Origin: Paraspadella gotoi
Taxonomy: Eukaryota; Animalia; Chaetognatha
Length of the DNA: 64,000 bases
Assembly (NCBI GenBank): GCA_051294375.1
Contig: CM119263.1
Coordinates: 31,174,335-31,238,334 of the forward strand
Direction: 5' to 3'
The notes below the pieces were generated by a model that made no database searches, was not told the origin of the DNA, and worked only from the letters and a program-made list of their open reading frames with translations. The first letter of the stretch is position 1; every line of letters begins with the position of its first letter. The position numbers and the translations under genes are program-made. Of the stretch, positions 41,701 to 54,869 are shown piece by piece.

Positions 41701-44093
41701 TAGGGAAATTCTCGCCACGGATCTCCAAGTGTAAAAAGCGGCGATAATGATTTCGTTTCTTTTAGTCCTTTTATTCCTGCTATTCAATTATTATATAAAT
41801 ATTATATATATTATTATTCCTCATCCAAGTCTTTCCTCCTCCTACAGAGGCGCCTCCAAACTTTCGCCCGAAAATCCTCGATCGCCGGAGAATGACTCCG
41901 CCTCGACGGGGCCCACCGACGCTAAGGCCGCCGACGAAGATGTCGGCTTGTCGGCCTCGAACAAAGTCGGCAAGAAGAAATCTCCGTTGTCCGCCGCAGC
42001 CGCCAAAGCGTCGGTCAAGTCGGCCAAAAAGAACAAGAAGGGCGCATCGCCTGTCGCCCTCAACACCGCTGACGCCAACGAAGCGTCTCCGGTCATCAAA
42101 GAAACGCCGGAAGCAGTGATGAAGTCGTTGCACGGTTGCGTCACACCGGAGGTGTTTTGGGAGTTAATTTAGAGAAGTTCAGACCTTTGATCATATAAAA
42201 GATATAAAACATGAGATAGCTATTGAGAATACGATAAATATTACGATTTGTAGACCTATTTGGAGAACTGAATAATCATTAAACGTTATTAAAAGTATCT
42301 CTATGTTAGAGGGTGATTGATGTTCCACAAAGAATTGTCTCAATCATCTACAATAGTAAACTAATATTTCTCTGAAAATCGAATCCAAAGATATGAGAAA
42401 TAATCTAATCTGCTACAATATGTAAATCAGATTGAATTAATCACTGATTGACTATTTTCCATTTTAGGCTAAATTGCAAGAGCTCTCTTCTCGACACGCG
42501 GCGACACTGACGCAAAATCGGGAACTCGAAGCTCAAATCAAACTCGAGCAACGACGGAATCTGGCGACGCTCAAGGAGAAGGAAGTCTTGAGTTCGGATC
42601 ACCAAAAAGCTCTCTTGGCCAAATCCAAGCTGGAAAGCCTCTGCAGAGAATTGCAAAAGCACAGCAAGATGGTCAAAGTACGAGCGGTTAAATATCTTTT
42701 TAAAAAAAATTTTCCTTTCATATTTTTTCAATAACCTTGGCGGGTTTTTTTTTCCATGTCAGGACGAATCCATGAAACGAGCTCAAATAGAAGAAGCTAA
42801 ACGGAAAGAAGTCGCCGATTCTTTTCAATCGACGATAGAGGAGGTAAGGAAAAGACCCTCTCTTTTGTAATTGATGTAATTGCTGTTGTTTAAGGTTAAT
42901 GATTGTGTTCGCAGGTCACGAACCGCATGCAGAACAATTCTGAACGGAACCACGCCCTCCGGGAACAGAACGAAGAGTTGGCCTCCAAGATGAAGCATCT
43001 CGTGGAGCAGTACGAGAAGCGGGAGGCGCACATCGAGAAAATCCTCAAGCACAAGGACCTAGAACAGCAGCTGGGGCAGGCCAAGCTGGACAAGGCAGAG
43101 GCCGAGAAGAAGGAGATCGTCGAGAAGACCAACAAAGAGAGAGAGATGTTGATGGGGCAAACGCTGGAGTCGGTCAAGAGGACTCAGGTCGGAGGAGATT
43201 TAGATCAATCTCATTTGCATGTTGCGGGCATCTTTAATTATTTTATACAATATTAAACAAAATCGTAATTTGACGCTTTTTTTGTTGGAATTTAAGCAGC
43301 CGAGTTTGTTGTTATTTTAAAGATTTACTATCTTTTATTCTCAGGTGCTGGAACAAAACGAAAAACACCTTCGAGCGCAAATTGAACTTTACACCGAAAA
43401 ATACGACGAATTTCAATCCACGCTCGCAAAAAGCAACACGGTAATATTTGCACTGCTAAGATAAAGCTATTTTATTTTATTATTCAATGAATCTGTTTCA
43501 TATTTGTACCTTTTTGTTTTGTTTTTTTCTTTTTCTGAATTTTTTTTTTCTGAAAAGAAAAATAAGGCAAACAAATAATTAGGGGAATGGTTGCAAAAAA
43601 TTCACATAATCCAAACTATAAAAGCGAAGCGAAAAATTTAGAATTTTTATGCTTTTAGGTTTTCAACAACTTTAAATCAGAGATGGCGCAGATGACAAAA
43701 AAGATTAAAAAACTGGAAAAAGAGATTCAAATGTGGAGAGGAAAATGGGAGACGAGCAACACTCAGTTGGAAAAGGTCACCAAGGAAAAAGAAAGCACGG
43801 AGGCCGAACTCAAGGAAACGAGAAATAAATCCAGCAAATTAGAAAAGCTTTGCCGAGCTCTTCAACAAGAAAGGTAAAACTCTGACGGAATAGTTTATTT
43901 CTCTCTCTTTTCGTAACCAAATGGGCTAAATTGATTTTTTTTTTCTTCCAGACACAATTTAAGCAGTCAAATGAGCAAGTTGTCAGTGGCAAAGGATGCG
44001 TTGGGTAATAACGTTGCGTCGTCGGAAGCCACTGGTCCCGATGCCGTGGACAACGCCGTCGAAACGGATGCCACTTCGACTGTTGCTAATTGA
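38794..44093 (+). CDS. Taxilin family coiled-coil protein with long multi-exon N-terminal extension
   Basis: [123 protein letters not shown]; the upstream exons (38794, 39063, 39907...) join in phase. Confidence 0.9.
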
Positions 44094-45029
44094 GGAGAGT
44101 CGTCCCTTCCCGCCAACGGAGCAGTTGATGCCCGATCGCCGCTGTGGGCGGGTATTCCCGCAGTAGATACGTATATTTTTATTTAGTTAATGTGGTAAAC
44201 GCCGTAACTTAAGTTGATAAAATTCGTGGGCTCTTTTCTATTATTTAGTTATTACAGAGTTAGAGAATCCTAACCTATATGATCTATCCCTAACGATTTT
44301 TATGGTGCCATTTTGGTTTTTTCTCTTCCCGTGCCTACTGCCTAGTCCGGATGATAATTATTATTTTTGCATAAACTCTAATCGATGTCTCGAGTCGATA
44401 TATATTCCATTGTTTGTTTTTTTTTTTGTCTCGCCTTCGTGTACTTATAACCAATATTTGGTTGCTTATTTTTTTATGCTTTTTATAGACAACGAATTAT
44501 TAATTTTGACGGGCAAAATCGTACATATACTAATATCTTTGACGTTAGTTTTCGTCTGTACATAAATTAAATCGATCCAATTTGTATGACGAGTTTTTTC
44601 TTCGCTTTAATTCGAGTCCGACTTTTTTTAGTTTTTATTTCCGTTGAGATGTTCACTTGTTTTTTTCTCTATTGTTTCCCTTTTTTTTGCTGCAGCGAAG
44701 GTTTTCTCTTTCTTCTCATTCTTTCGCTATTTTTGAGTCATTATTGCGTAGAATAGTGATAAAGATTATCTACTTTATATGGTTCTCTTTCACAGTCGAA
44801 CTTAATCGGAAAACAAAATTTATCAATCAATGACATTTATCGTCCAAATCGAAACAGAAAAAAAAACTCTTTGGTAATGAACTCATAAAATCAAATGCAG
44901 ATGTTTTTGATCGGAAAATTTTCATTGTCAAAATCATGTGAAAAGCAAAATATATTAAATAATTAAACGATTCAAAAATCTACAATAATCTGTTTTATTT
45001 TTAGATTTTAGCTTAATACGGTTAGCACG

Positions 45030-48000
45030 ATGTCGTCTCCCGTTGTCGCTTCAGTCGGCAGCGCGATGACCGACACCAGCGACACCGTGACCAAAGTCTC
45101 CAAGAAAAACTCGCAGCCTTTCGACCGACAAGTCCAGACGGACTTTCCCGAGTTCTTCAAGAATTCCCTCAAATACGTTAGGAAGCATTTGCCCTTTCCT
45201 TCCGCCGACGGATCAGTCCCCCCCTCTCGCAAGAGACGCCGCAAATCGTCCGGTGGGAGGGACCGTCAGGCCACGCCCACTCCGAAAGACGTCACCCTCT
45301 TACCGACGGAAAAGAAGGAATGCGTGGAGGTGGACGAGGTAACGATCGTTGAGGCGAGGGAAACGGAGCCGCAGGAGCAGCAACAGCAGCAGCAGGGATT
45401 GATCCCCGTCTGCGATTCGACGACCTCCAATTTGGATTATCGATCGGAAACGAAGATGGACGAGGATCGAGCCAAGAAAATGGGGAGAGTCTCCGACGAG
45501 ACTGAAGTCACATCCACGACGACCCTCGATGTGGGAAAGGGATTCGTGAATGGAGAAATTGAAGAAGAGACTCCGATCCGAGTCTTGGATCAAGTTGAAA
45601 AACCCGACGAGGAATCTAATCCACTCAATTCTTTCTCAATCGGATTCTCTTCCACCGGCGAAATCTCTCCGACTTTTGACAAAAAGTTTTTTCATTCGTC
45701 GACGAAACAAAATTTAAAAAAACCTTCGGATCTCAAGTGGATTGTGTTAGAATCGCTTGCTCCTAATGGGATGGAATTCCCGCTTTCAATTCCTGGGAAA
45801 TGCGTGACCAATGCTAAGTTGGAAGATGTTCCTGATGTCGTTGAGGTTAAGATCAACCTCGTTGACCTAGAAGGCGAATCTGCCGATGAAGTGGTTTGCT
45901 TTGACTCCCCTATACGTAAATTCGCTCCTCCGCAGATTTTCTCTGATTTGGAAAGCTCCTTTTCCGCCGCCGGAGTTTCTTTCAAAAAGAATCCACCAAG
46001 AGGAGCCAAGACCCATCATCGATTGGTCTCTGCCAGTCCTGAGAAAAACCCTCCTATCATAGGGGCTTCTCCCCAACAACTCGTTTGGAAGGCATTTGGC
46101 AATATTCAATTTGCTCTCGTTCGTGGTTTACTGAAATGCCCCCTTTGTGATGTATTGGTGGCTAACTATGGGAAAATGAGGGATCACGTGATGGCGGTTC
46201 ACGATGAAATAAAGCATTTCCAATGCGGTTTTCAAAATTGTACCTCCGCCTTTTCGCATAGATCTTCCATGAGGAAGCATTTTAAAAAATGTCATCAAGG
46301 TAATGTTAGTGTACAAGTCATTCCCTTCGATATGCAACGGTTCTTGAAATCTAAAAAGGTTTCGAACGTCAAAGTTAAGAAAATTCAAAAAGACGACCTC
46401 AAAAAAGCTGTGAAGCCCGGTGATCAACTTCCGACTACTCCCGCGCGCGTTATTGATGGTTATCAGTTCGAAGTTTTGTCTGACAACATGCTTAAATGTC
46501 CAATCTGCCCGAAAACTCTCCAATCGGCCGAGAAGATTCGCAATCACATACGGGGAATCCATCACCGTCAAAAACATCTCGTTTGTAAAGTGAAAAATTG
46601 CGGGGCTCGTTTCGATTGGAGAAGCAGCATCATCAGTCATCAGTTGAAAGCACATGGCAAAAACTTCGGCTTTGATATGGTGCAAGTTGTTCCAATTCAT
46701 CTGGGGAATTATATTCGACGCAAACTATTGAAAATTAAACTGGAAGAAAGTTCGCTGAAAGAAAAAGACGTGAAGAAAGAAGTTGAAGACAAAAAGATGC
46801 TGAACGAAAAATCGTTAAGGATATGTGATAAAACGTCCTCAGGGCTGAGTCCTGCTAAATCCGTGATAAATCAATCTTCAAGAGTTAACGTCAACGGAAA
46901 ATATAACTGTCCTTCATGCGATTTTGTGACCGATAAATTTTCCAAGTTGCGTAGCCACGCTATGGCAGTTCATTCGGAGAAGAAGCATTTCGTTTGTGAT
47001 TTTCAAAATTGTCACTCGAGTTATAAATGGAAAACCGCAGTTTTCATTCATCAAAAACGAGCTCATTCGACGGAGCCAGAGTTGGGAATGACCAAAATTA
47101 GGGTCATTCCGTTTGATATGGAAGCCTTTTTAAATCCTAACAAAAACAAAATTGAAGCGGACAACATCTGCCCAGTTTGTAATAAAAGTTTCAAATTTAG
47201 AGGAGATCTTAAAAAGCATTGTATGGGATTACATTCGAATAAGAAACATTACTTGTGCCTCATTCCCGGATGCATGGAAAAATTCCGTTGGTCCTCGGGC
47301 CTGTCGAAGCATCAAAGATGCGTCCATGGAATGAAACCTTGTTTCTCAAACATAGCCAAAGCAAAGATTTTGCCTTTCAATATGGCCTCTTTGCTTCGCT
47401 TGAAGGAAACTTCAAACGTTGTTGAAGTCAAGAAAGAGAAATTGTCCGCTGGAGATGCAATAAAGGACATTTTGCAACGAAGTCTTGAAATTGCCAAGCG
47501 AAGATTGGTCGGGAAAGAAGAATGTTTCTCTTTACTTGATATTGCAGATTGGGGCCAAAATCTTCCTTCGGGTTCTGAAACGGAAGTTGCGGAGAGTGAG
47601 GTGTTTATAAGTCCTAAGCCAAAGAGACGTTTAAAAAGCTCAATTTCCAAAGAACAATTACATGTTTGCGATTTATGTTCCAAATCTTTCGTTAACTATT
47701 CTCGATTGAGTGAGCATGTCAGAATTTTTCACTCGCCTTCAGAAAAAATTCCGTCGTGTGCTTCGTGTTCTCAGTCGTTTTCCAGTCCAACTGCTGCCAA
47801 GAGACATTCAAAATATTGCCGTGGTTTAAATGATGTGAAACCGGTTGTGAAGAAAACCAGTTTAAACTCGAATTCACAGACGCTGAAAATTTCCAACATT
47901 AAACTGGAAACCACTGATCAAATCTTAGAGAAAAGCTTGAATAATTTTCAAACAGAAACTTTACGCGTGAACCTGGGTGAGCAGAAAAGGGAGAGCGATT

Positions 48001-49295
48001 TTTTGAGTTCACAAAGTGAGAGCGCTAATATTGAAACGAAGGATAAAAAATCAGAGATTTTTGACGATTCAGATTCTGAATATGAAACCATTCTTTGCCA
48101 TGAATCCAATCAGGTTATGAATGGACCCGCGAAGATTCAAACCGATGAACTTGGTGAGAGCGAAGCCGTCGCTGAAATTTCTGCATCAAGAGAAAATTAT
48201 GACCCACAATCTCCTCTTATTTTGGAGGATAGTTTTGATGAATATCCGGATTTTTATTCAAATGAAAAAAATGTCAATTCAGACTTTAAATTAAAAGATA
48301 AGCAATCGAACTTTGGCTATTGTTCCTTTGAGTCGTTTCCTAACAACCTTAAAGCTGTGCAAAATTTCAATCTGTCCCACAAAAATAAACCTCAAGTAAT
48401 GACTCAGAAACATGGTGCTCTCCCCGAAGGAGACAAATCTTGTGATCAAGAAGTCGACAAAGTTGAAAAGAAAAGATCGGAAGTGATTAAAAGCGACGGT
48501 GATAATGGGTTTTCTCGGCCATTTCCTTGCTGTTTTTGTTCGTGTTCATATTCTCAGTATTTCAACCTGAAATATCATGTACGAAAGAAACATCCACGGA
48601 GATCTTGTCCATCTAAATCATCATTTTGTGAATCTCCAAAAGATTTCCCTGATGATATATCCGAGATAGTTACTGAAGAATCAGTGAATACTTCTGCGAA
48701 TGGTTGCTATAAAATCACGTCTGATATCCCCGTCACGACGTTGGAATCTTCCAACTCTGCGGTCGACAACATGAAATACAAAAAAGATATTGGCGGCTTT
48801 TTTGTTTCCATCACAAAAGATAACTCGATCGAATGCCCCATTTGTCATAAATGTTTCTCCGGGTTCCTCGGTTTAAAGCAACACACGTTAAGATCTCATC
48901 ACAAGTCTTACAAGCCTTTCCGCTGCCAAGTTGGGAAATGTGGAAAGAAGTTTGATCAGGCCAGAACCGCGTTGCGACACATCGAAAATGTTCATAGAAG
49001 TAGAAACTTTAAGAAACACATCAAACCTATCCCTTTTCATTTGGGTGTCTTTTACAAGAAATGCCTCTTAGAGGCTCCAACTCCTCCTCCTTTGAAAGAA
49101 AATGAGAAGAGAGAATCCGTTGTTCTTTCGCCCGAAATTCCAGTCGCTTTGAGTTTACCTCAAACTCGTCATTCGTCGCCGCTCGTCCTCGAGCCTTTCC
49201 AAGATCCATACCTCTCGTCCAGTGGCTCCACCAACGAAGCCCAACTCAAGGACACTTTCTTGGAAAGTTTGACGATCGAATCTCTATTAGATTAA
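45030..49295 (+). CDS. Intronless 1421-aa multi-C2H2 zinc-finger protein
   Basis: Single long ORF with ~13 C2H2-type fingers, mostly as dispersed pairs; acceptor-like TTTTAG just upstream of the ATG. Confidence 0.9.
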   Translation: MSSPVVASVGSAMTDTSDTVTKVSKKNSQPFDRQVQTDFPEFFKNSLKYVRKHLPFPSADGSVPPSRKRRRKSSGGRDRQATPTPKDVTLLPTEKKECVEVDEVTIVEARETEPQEQQQQQQGLIPVCDSTTSNLDYRSETKMDEDRAKKMGRVSDETEVTSTTTLDVGKGFVNGEIEEETPIRVLDQVEKPDEESNPLNSFSIGFSSTGEISPTFDKKFFHSSTKQNLKKPSDLKWIVLESLAPNGMEFPLSIPGKCVTNAKLEDVPDVVEVKINLVDLEGESADEVVCFDSPIRKFAPPQIFSDLESSFSAAGVSFKKNPPRGAKTHHRLVSASPEKNPPIIGASPQQLVWKAFGNIQFALVRGLLKCPLCDVLVANYGKMRDHVMAVHDEIKHFQCGFQNCTSAFSHRSSMRKHFKKCHQGNVSVQVIPFDMQRFLKSKKVSNVKVKKIQKDDLKKAVKPGDQLPTTPARVIDGYQFEVLSDNMLKCPICPKTLQSAEKIRNHIRGIHHRQKHLVCKVKNCGARFDWRSSIISHQLKAHGKNFGFDMVQVVPIHLGNYIRRKLLKIKLEESSLKEKDVKKEVEDKKMLNEKSLRICDKTSSGLSPAKSVINQSSRVNVNGKYNCPSCDFVTDKFSKLRSHAMAVHSEKKHFVCDFQNCHSSYKWKTAVFIHQKRAHSTEPELGMTKIRVIPFDMEAFLNPNKNKIEADNICPVCNKSFKFRGDLKKHCMGLHSNKKHYLCLIPGCMEKFRWSSGLSKHQRCVHGMKPCFSNIAKAKILPFNMASLLRLKETSNVVEVKKEKLSAGDAIKDILQRSLEIAKRRLVGKEECFSLLDIADWGQNLPSGSETEVAESEVFISPKPKRRLKSSISKEQLHVCDLCSKSFVNYSRLSEHVRIFHSPSEKIPSCASCSQSFSSPTAAKRHSKYCRGLNDVKPVVKKTSLNSNSQTLKISNIKLETTDQILEKSLNNFQTETLRVNLGEQKRESDFLSSQSESANIETKDKKSEIFDDSDSEYETILCHESNQVMNGPAKIQTDELGESEAVAEISASRENYDPQSPLILEDSFDEYPDFYSNEKNVNSDFKLKDKQSNFGYCSFESFPNNLKAVQNFNLSHKNKPQVMTQKHGALPEGDKSCDQEVDKVEKKRSEVIKSDGDNGFSRPFPCCFCSCSYSQYFNLKYHVRKKHPRRSCPSKSSFCESPKDFPDDISEIVTEESVNTSANGCYKITSDIPVTTLESSNSAVDNMKYKKDIGGFFVSITKDNSIECPICHKCFSGFLGLKQHTLRSHHKSYKPFRCQVGKCGKKFDQARTALRHIENVHRSRNFKKHIKPIPFHLGVFYKKCLLEAPTPPPLKENEKRESVVLSPEIPVALSLPQTRHSSPLVLEPFQDPYLSSSGSTNEAQLKDTFLESLTIESLLD

Positions 49296-49586
49296 TGATT
49301 TTTTTCTTTAAGATTTAGAAGTTGTACATTTTTTCTTCTTGACAAATTTCTCTTCCCGTTATTGTTGTCTTGACAAGATCACTCGATATAGTTTATTTTA
49401 CTTTGTTTTTTAATTTTAGATTATTATTTTCCTTTATGGCTTGTTATGAAATTTACAAGAAAATTTATAATATGGCCCCTTTTGCCTTGTGATCGAACTA
49501 AAGAAAAGATTTTAAACATGATTTGGCGATGACGTTATACGATGTCTTTTAAACCGATACAGTCGCTGATTGACCAACCTACCATC

Positions 49587-52500
49587 ATGGTCACTGGTAA
49601 GAATTGTTTTTTAATACTTCAAAAAGGTAGATAATTCATAATGATATTAAGAATATTTATCTTAAAGAATCTCGGGGCTTTTCCAAAATGGGTCCCGCCG
49701 ACGCGAGTCCGTCCGAATCTGTCGGCGCCAAATCTTCCAAGCTTCAGTTTCCCAGTCAAATCATCACCGTCTCCAATTTTCAAGATTTGTTGCAAGGCAA
49801 GCAATGGGGAAAAGCAAGCTCAGAGAGTTCCCCTGCAGCCCTCCGAGCATTCCAAGATCCTAAATCGTTTATTCAAATGATTAAATCAGTTTTAATCTTT
49901 TTTTAGGCAAAGTCACCGCCGCTTCTTCCAAACAAAGTATTCCGCTTACGGTGATAAATCGACAAAATAAACATGTCGAGACTGGAGGAACTTACGCGAA
50001 ACGTCAACAGGTTTTCTATTCGACTTTAACTAGAAATATGTACGTACGTATCTTTGTTTTGATTTTTTAAAAATTCCCCTCCCTCAAATGCTGCAGATGA
50101 AGCAGAAGCAATACCAGCTGCTACAGCAGCAGCAACTTTCACAGCAACACCAGCTGTTAACGTTGCAAGGTCCTTCTTCGAGTCTCATCCTCGGTTCTCG
50201 ATCGAGTCTTCAACGACTCGAGGACGAGACTTTCGAGGAGGAAAGAGACTTGAAGCCTTTCGCTCTTCAACTCGACCACGAGGAAATTGGAGGAGGAGAA
50301 GGAGGAACTTTCAACGGGTTAGCCTCTCCAAAAAGACTCATGTCTAATGTCTATACAATATACATTTTTGATTGTTGGCCGCTACAATGTTAGTACTCGG
50401 GGATCAACTATATGAGACACTTGGGGGTCGGTCGGTCGGTTGTTATGTAGGAGTGGGACTCGGGTTATGTTTGTCCGTCGTTAAAAATAACTCGGTTAAT
50501 ACTTCAATATTATCATATTTAATACGATAGTGAGTTACCATAACACCTTTAATGTGCATATGTATCATACTTGTGAAGATACGTGATGGCCTGAAAAAGG
50601 GATCACATGTCCAAAAATTTAATGCCACTGAAATTCGGCTGCTATTTTGTTGAGTTTGCTGAACTTCGAATCTGAGAAGAAATATAAAAAATAAAAGATC
50701 GTATTCCGATGCAGAGCGTATCAGGTATTATCACCCAGATATACACGTCAAAAACAGTAACTGCGGCGCAATACATTAGAATTGCCGTTGTCTTCTTTAT
50801 TATTAGGAATCTTCAGTACGTCACGGTTATGGAGGCGAGCAGGAACGCGGGTGAGTGGTGTGTTATTTTGAATTAAAATAAACATATTTTTAAATCTTGA
50901 TATAATTTAATTTCCCCACAGAAAAAGATTTGAAACCCATCAAAATGAAAGAGGCGACGGTTGACGCGTCATCCTCTTTTCTCGCTCAGTCCAGCGCCAA
51001 TTCTCTTTTCTTTCAAGACTCGTTGCCTGGCAACGATAAGGTGTGGTTTCAGTGGTACGGTTCTGATTAATCAATAATCATTGATCATGTTAACAATAAA
51101 TTGATTATTATTTTCAGTCCAACGCTGAAACTGTTTTTCTCGAGGACGTCGGCGACGATTCTCAACTCGCCCAGATCGTCTATCAAGACAATTTGGAAAA
51201 CGCCCAACTCCAACCGACTGTCGCCGGTAAATTAATAATTTAATAATCATGTTAGCTCATTTTTTAAATGAATGGATAATTATCGTCGCAATCGCTTAGC
51301 GTTTGCGGCGATATTGTGACGCTTTTGCGCATAAGTGGCGTCGTCGTCGTTGTCGGCGTTCCAAATTATAGATCGCCTTTTTTATGATTAAATTTGGGTG
51401 TACGAAGCTGAAAATTTATATACAGTTTCTCATCATCGATGTGCTTAAAATTGAGTCAGGACAGTTATTAAATATGTTTTGTTTACATTTTATCAAAACA
51501 AACAAATTTTCTCTTTTTTATTTTTATATTTCTTTCTCTCTCTCTTTTCTCTTTTAATTATATGTCTCTCTCCCTCTCTCTTTTCCCTAGTCACTGATTC
51601 ATAGGGAAAAAAACGAGTCTGCAGCTGGCTCTGCAGGGGCTTATTTTTTTCCTCTCTTTTCTCCTGCTGCTTCTGCTGCTGCCTTTTAATTTTTTTTTCT
51701 TTTTTTTCTTTTTCTCTCTGCGTTTTTATTTAAAAAAAAAAGAATTAGGATTGAACTCGTAAAATTAGGCATCGCTTTCGTGCATGTTATTTTTTTTATC
51801 TTTCTCTCTCTCTGCGTTTTTATTTTTTTAAAAATGAATTAGGATTGAACTCGTAAAATTAAGCATCGCATTCGTGCATGTTATTTTTTTTTTTTTTTCA
51901 GAAACTGTAACTTTAATTTTTCTCGGTACTTTATTATTTTTTTTAATTGACAATCGTAAAATAACATTTTTCTTTGTTTATAAATTAATTTCTTTTCTCA
52001 AATTTTTTTTCTCAGGGGCTGCGTCTGTTGATCAGTTTATTTGACAATGACAATTGACAATGACAAAAAGAAACATTTTTTTTTTCAGAAACTAACATTA
52101 ATTTTCCTTGGTACTTTTTTTTAACTGACAATCGCAAAATATAGTTTTTCTTTCTGTTTATAATTTTTTTTTTCTCAAATTTTTTTTTTGTATCAAAATT
52201 TGTCGTCAATCCAGATTTTTCTTATGCGATTGCGACGATCCTTATGCTTTTAAGATATTTTATATTTTAGCCACGTCTCTTACGAACGACGGCGGCGCCC
52301 TTTTCGCCTCCGACGGGCGACTGGAGGTGGCGTCGATAAATTTCGACGCCGCCGTCGATTCCACGATCGAGATGGAGGAAGCGTCGCCGCTCGACGTCAA
52401 AGTCGCCACGGCGCCGGAACTTCGATTCCAGTCGCCGCCTGGCGAAAGTGCGGACGAACAGATCAAAGGTAAAGAGGATTGAAAAAGGTTAATATAGGCC

Positions 52501-54869
52501 TTCATATTCAGTGGTATATCTATTGTCAAATGAAACAAATTCTTAATAAATTAAATAGAATAAAATGAAACATTTACTCTTAAGGTTCGACGACTGTGAT
52601 GATCCCCTCCACCATTCCCGGCGGCCAACCGCAACGACTCGTCATTCCCACCTCCACGTGGCTTCAAATCACCGGCGCCACGCCCACCGCCTCGTCCTCC
52701 AGCAAGCCTCAGCCTATCGCCCCTAAAAGCCCTCTTCCAGCCTCCTCCAAATCCGCGTCGCTACGGACGACGAGCTCTTCCACCTTTTCCGCGCCGCTCA
52801 CGGTTTTGTCGCCCACAAAAAACGGGGCCAACTTCATCGTCGTCCAAAAACCCAACTCTTTGTCAGGAGTCGTCGGCGGCGGCGGCGGCGGCGCCTTTCC
52901 GCCCATCAATCTCCATGACATTCCCGCCGCCCCCAAGCCAAAGAGTATGTTATTTGGGGCAGAGAAATAACCTACAATGGGTCTTTATAAGAGGGGCTCT
53001 GGGGAATGAATTCCTAATGAATTCAGCATCGGTCAGTCAGAGTCTCTGGGACATCAATTGAGATAAAAGAGTTGAACTTAATTGTAGGATGGGGAGACCT
53101 TCATGGAAATAGAATAAAAAAATTTTAATACTCAATCAAAATACGACAATATGCAAATGAGAATTATAAACTTAATCGCAACTGAAATAATTCACAAATG
53201 GCTTTGCTACATCTTGAGTTAAAAAATGACAACTTTTGGTTCAAATAATAAGAATTAATGAATTAATTTACTTTAATCAATTCAATTTAACGAATTAATT
53301 TAATCATAAAAATTATAATATCTTCGAAATTATCTTTTTGAATTCCCGCCCCCTCAGGCGTTCGTTTCGTTCCCATCACCGCAGCACCAGTACATTCCGC
53401 CGAAAATTCTCGTTCTCAGGACAGTTTTGAGCTGAACGGATTGCCTTCACCCAACCGAGGCAAGGATCATGCAATGCGTCTAATTTAGTAATATAAAAAT
53501 ATTAATAGTAATAATGATAATAAAATTACGGTAATATAAATGATTAATTAAAACAAATATTTTTTCGATTTCAGACGGATCTAATCGTCTTCCATCTCCG
53601 ACGCTCGGGATTTCTCCTTCGGACGCCGGAATAAGCCGACCTCGCAAACCCTGCAACTGCACAAAATCCCAGTGCCTCAAGCTCTACTGCGATTGTTTCG
53701 CCAACGGTATGGACAACAATTTATTAATAAATATTAATTATATTCCCTAACATCGCCCTCGTCTCTTCCGCAGGGGAATTCTGCTTCGGCTGCAACTGCA
53801 CCAACTGTTACAACAATCTGCAGCACGAAGAGATGCGGCAACGGGCGATCAAGAGTTGCCTCGACCGAAATCCTTTCGCCTTTCATCCCAAAATCGGGAA
53901 GAGCAAATCCAACGGGAACGAGACGCGACGTCACGCCAAAGGCTGCAATTGTCGGTCCGTACTTTATTGAGGGGGGGTAATGGGTGGGTGGGGATTATCG
54001 CGTCATTACCGGGTCAATGATGAGTTTTATGGGTCATTTTCGACTCAATGGTGGCTTTGATGGGTCATTGACGGCTGTGAAGGGTCAATTATAGCTTCTA
54101 TGAGTCATTGACGGGTCAATAATGGCTTTGATGGGTCATTGATGGGTCAATAATGGCTTTGATGGGTCATTGACGGGTCAATAATGGCTTTGATGGGTCA
54201 TTGACCGGTCAATAATGGCTTTGAGTTATTTCCGTGTCATTGTCGACTGAATCGTTCCCCTTCCTCCAACAGAAAAAGCAGTTGCCTTAAAAATTACTGC
54301 GAGTGCTACGAGGCGAAGATTCCTTGCACGGCTCATTGCAAATGCGTCGGATGTAAAAACTACGACGAAGACGACGACGAAGAGACGTCGAGCGGCGGCG
54401 GAGTCCTCGTCTCTCGAGACTCTGGAACGGTCGAGGCCATTCCCGTTTCGCGATTCTTACCGCAGGTAGCGGATTTCTCTCTTTAATTTCTTTATTCAAC
54501 ATTTATTAATATTCAATCATTACATCCGATTTATTTTCTTTGTGTTAACTTTTACTCTCCCCTTTTCTCTCACTCGATCCCTAGGCCAATAATCCCGACG
54601 GCCCCCTTTCATCCGTGCCCGCGCGACCACGTCCCTTCGCCGAAAACGGACAACGCCAACCCTTCAGCCTCATATCCCAGGACGTGGTGGAGGCGGCGAT
54701 GTCCTGCATGCTCTCGCGATGCGAACGAGTTGAGCGGCATCACTCTACGCGACCGACGACGACGCGGGAAGACGAGTTGGAGGCGGAAGCCTGTGTCATG
54801 GAGGAACTCGGTCGATCCTTGCGTCAGATCATCAACGCCGCCGCCAAATCCAGCTTTGGGCCTTCTTGA
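49587..54869 (+). CDS. LIN54: LIN-54/tesmin family CXC-domain protein (MuvB/DREAM DNA-binding subunit)
   Basis: [92 protein letters not shown]; C-terminal [31 protein letters not shown]. The 5' exons are inferred from phase (ATG 49587; GC-AG intron 49797-49906). Confidence 0.9.
51281..52253. mobile_element. DINE-1/pearl-like MITE, copy in a LIN54 intron
   Basis: Same family as 35900-37252: ATCGTCGCAATCGC...GCGATTGCGACGAT subterminal inverted repeats, (GTC)n tract, shared core. Confidence 0.8.
54010..54225. repeat. 31-bp minisatellite in a LIN54 intron
   Basis: About 6-7 degenerate copies of GGGTCAATAATGGCTTTGATGGGTCATTGAC. Confidence 0.9.

Noticed and set aside
50360-50800. Another Helentron-like insert with (GTCG)n in a LIN54 intron
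   Set aside because: Plausible, but single-copy here and I could not define its termini.
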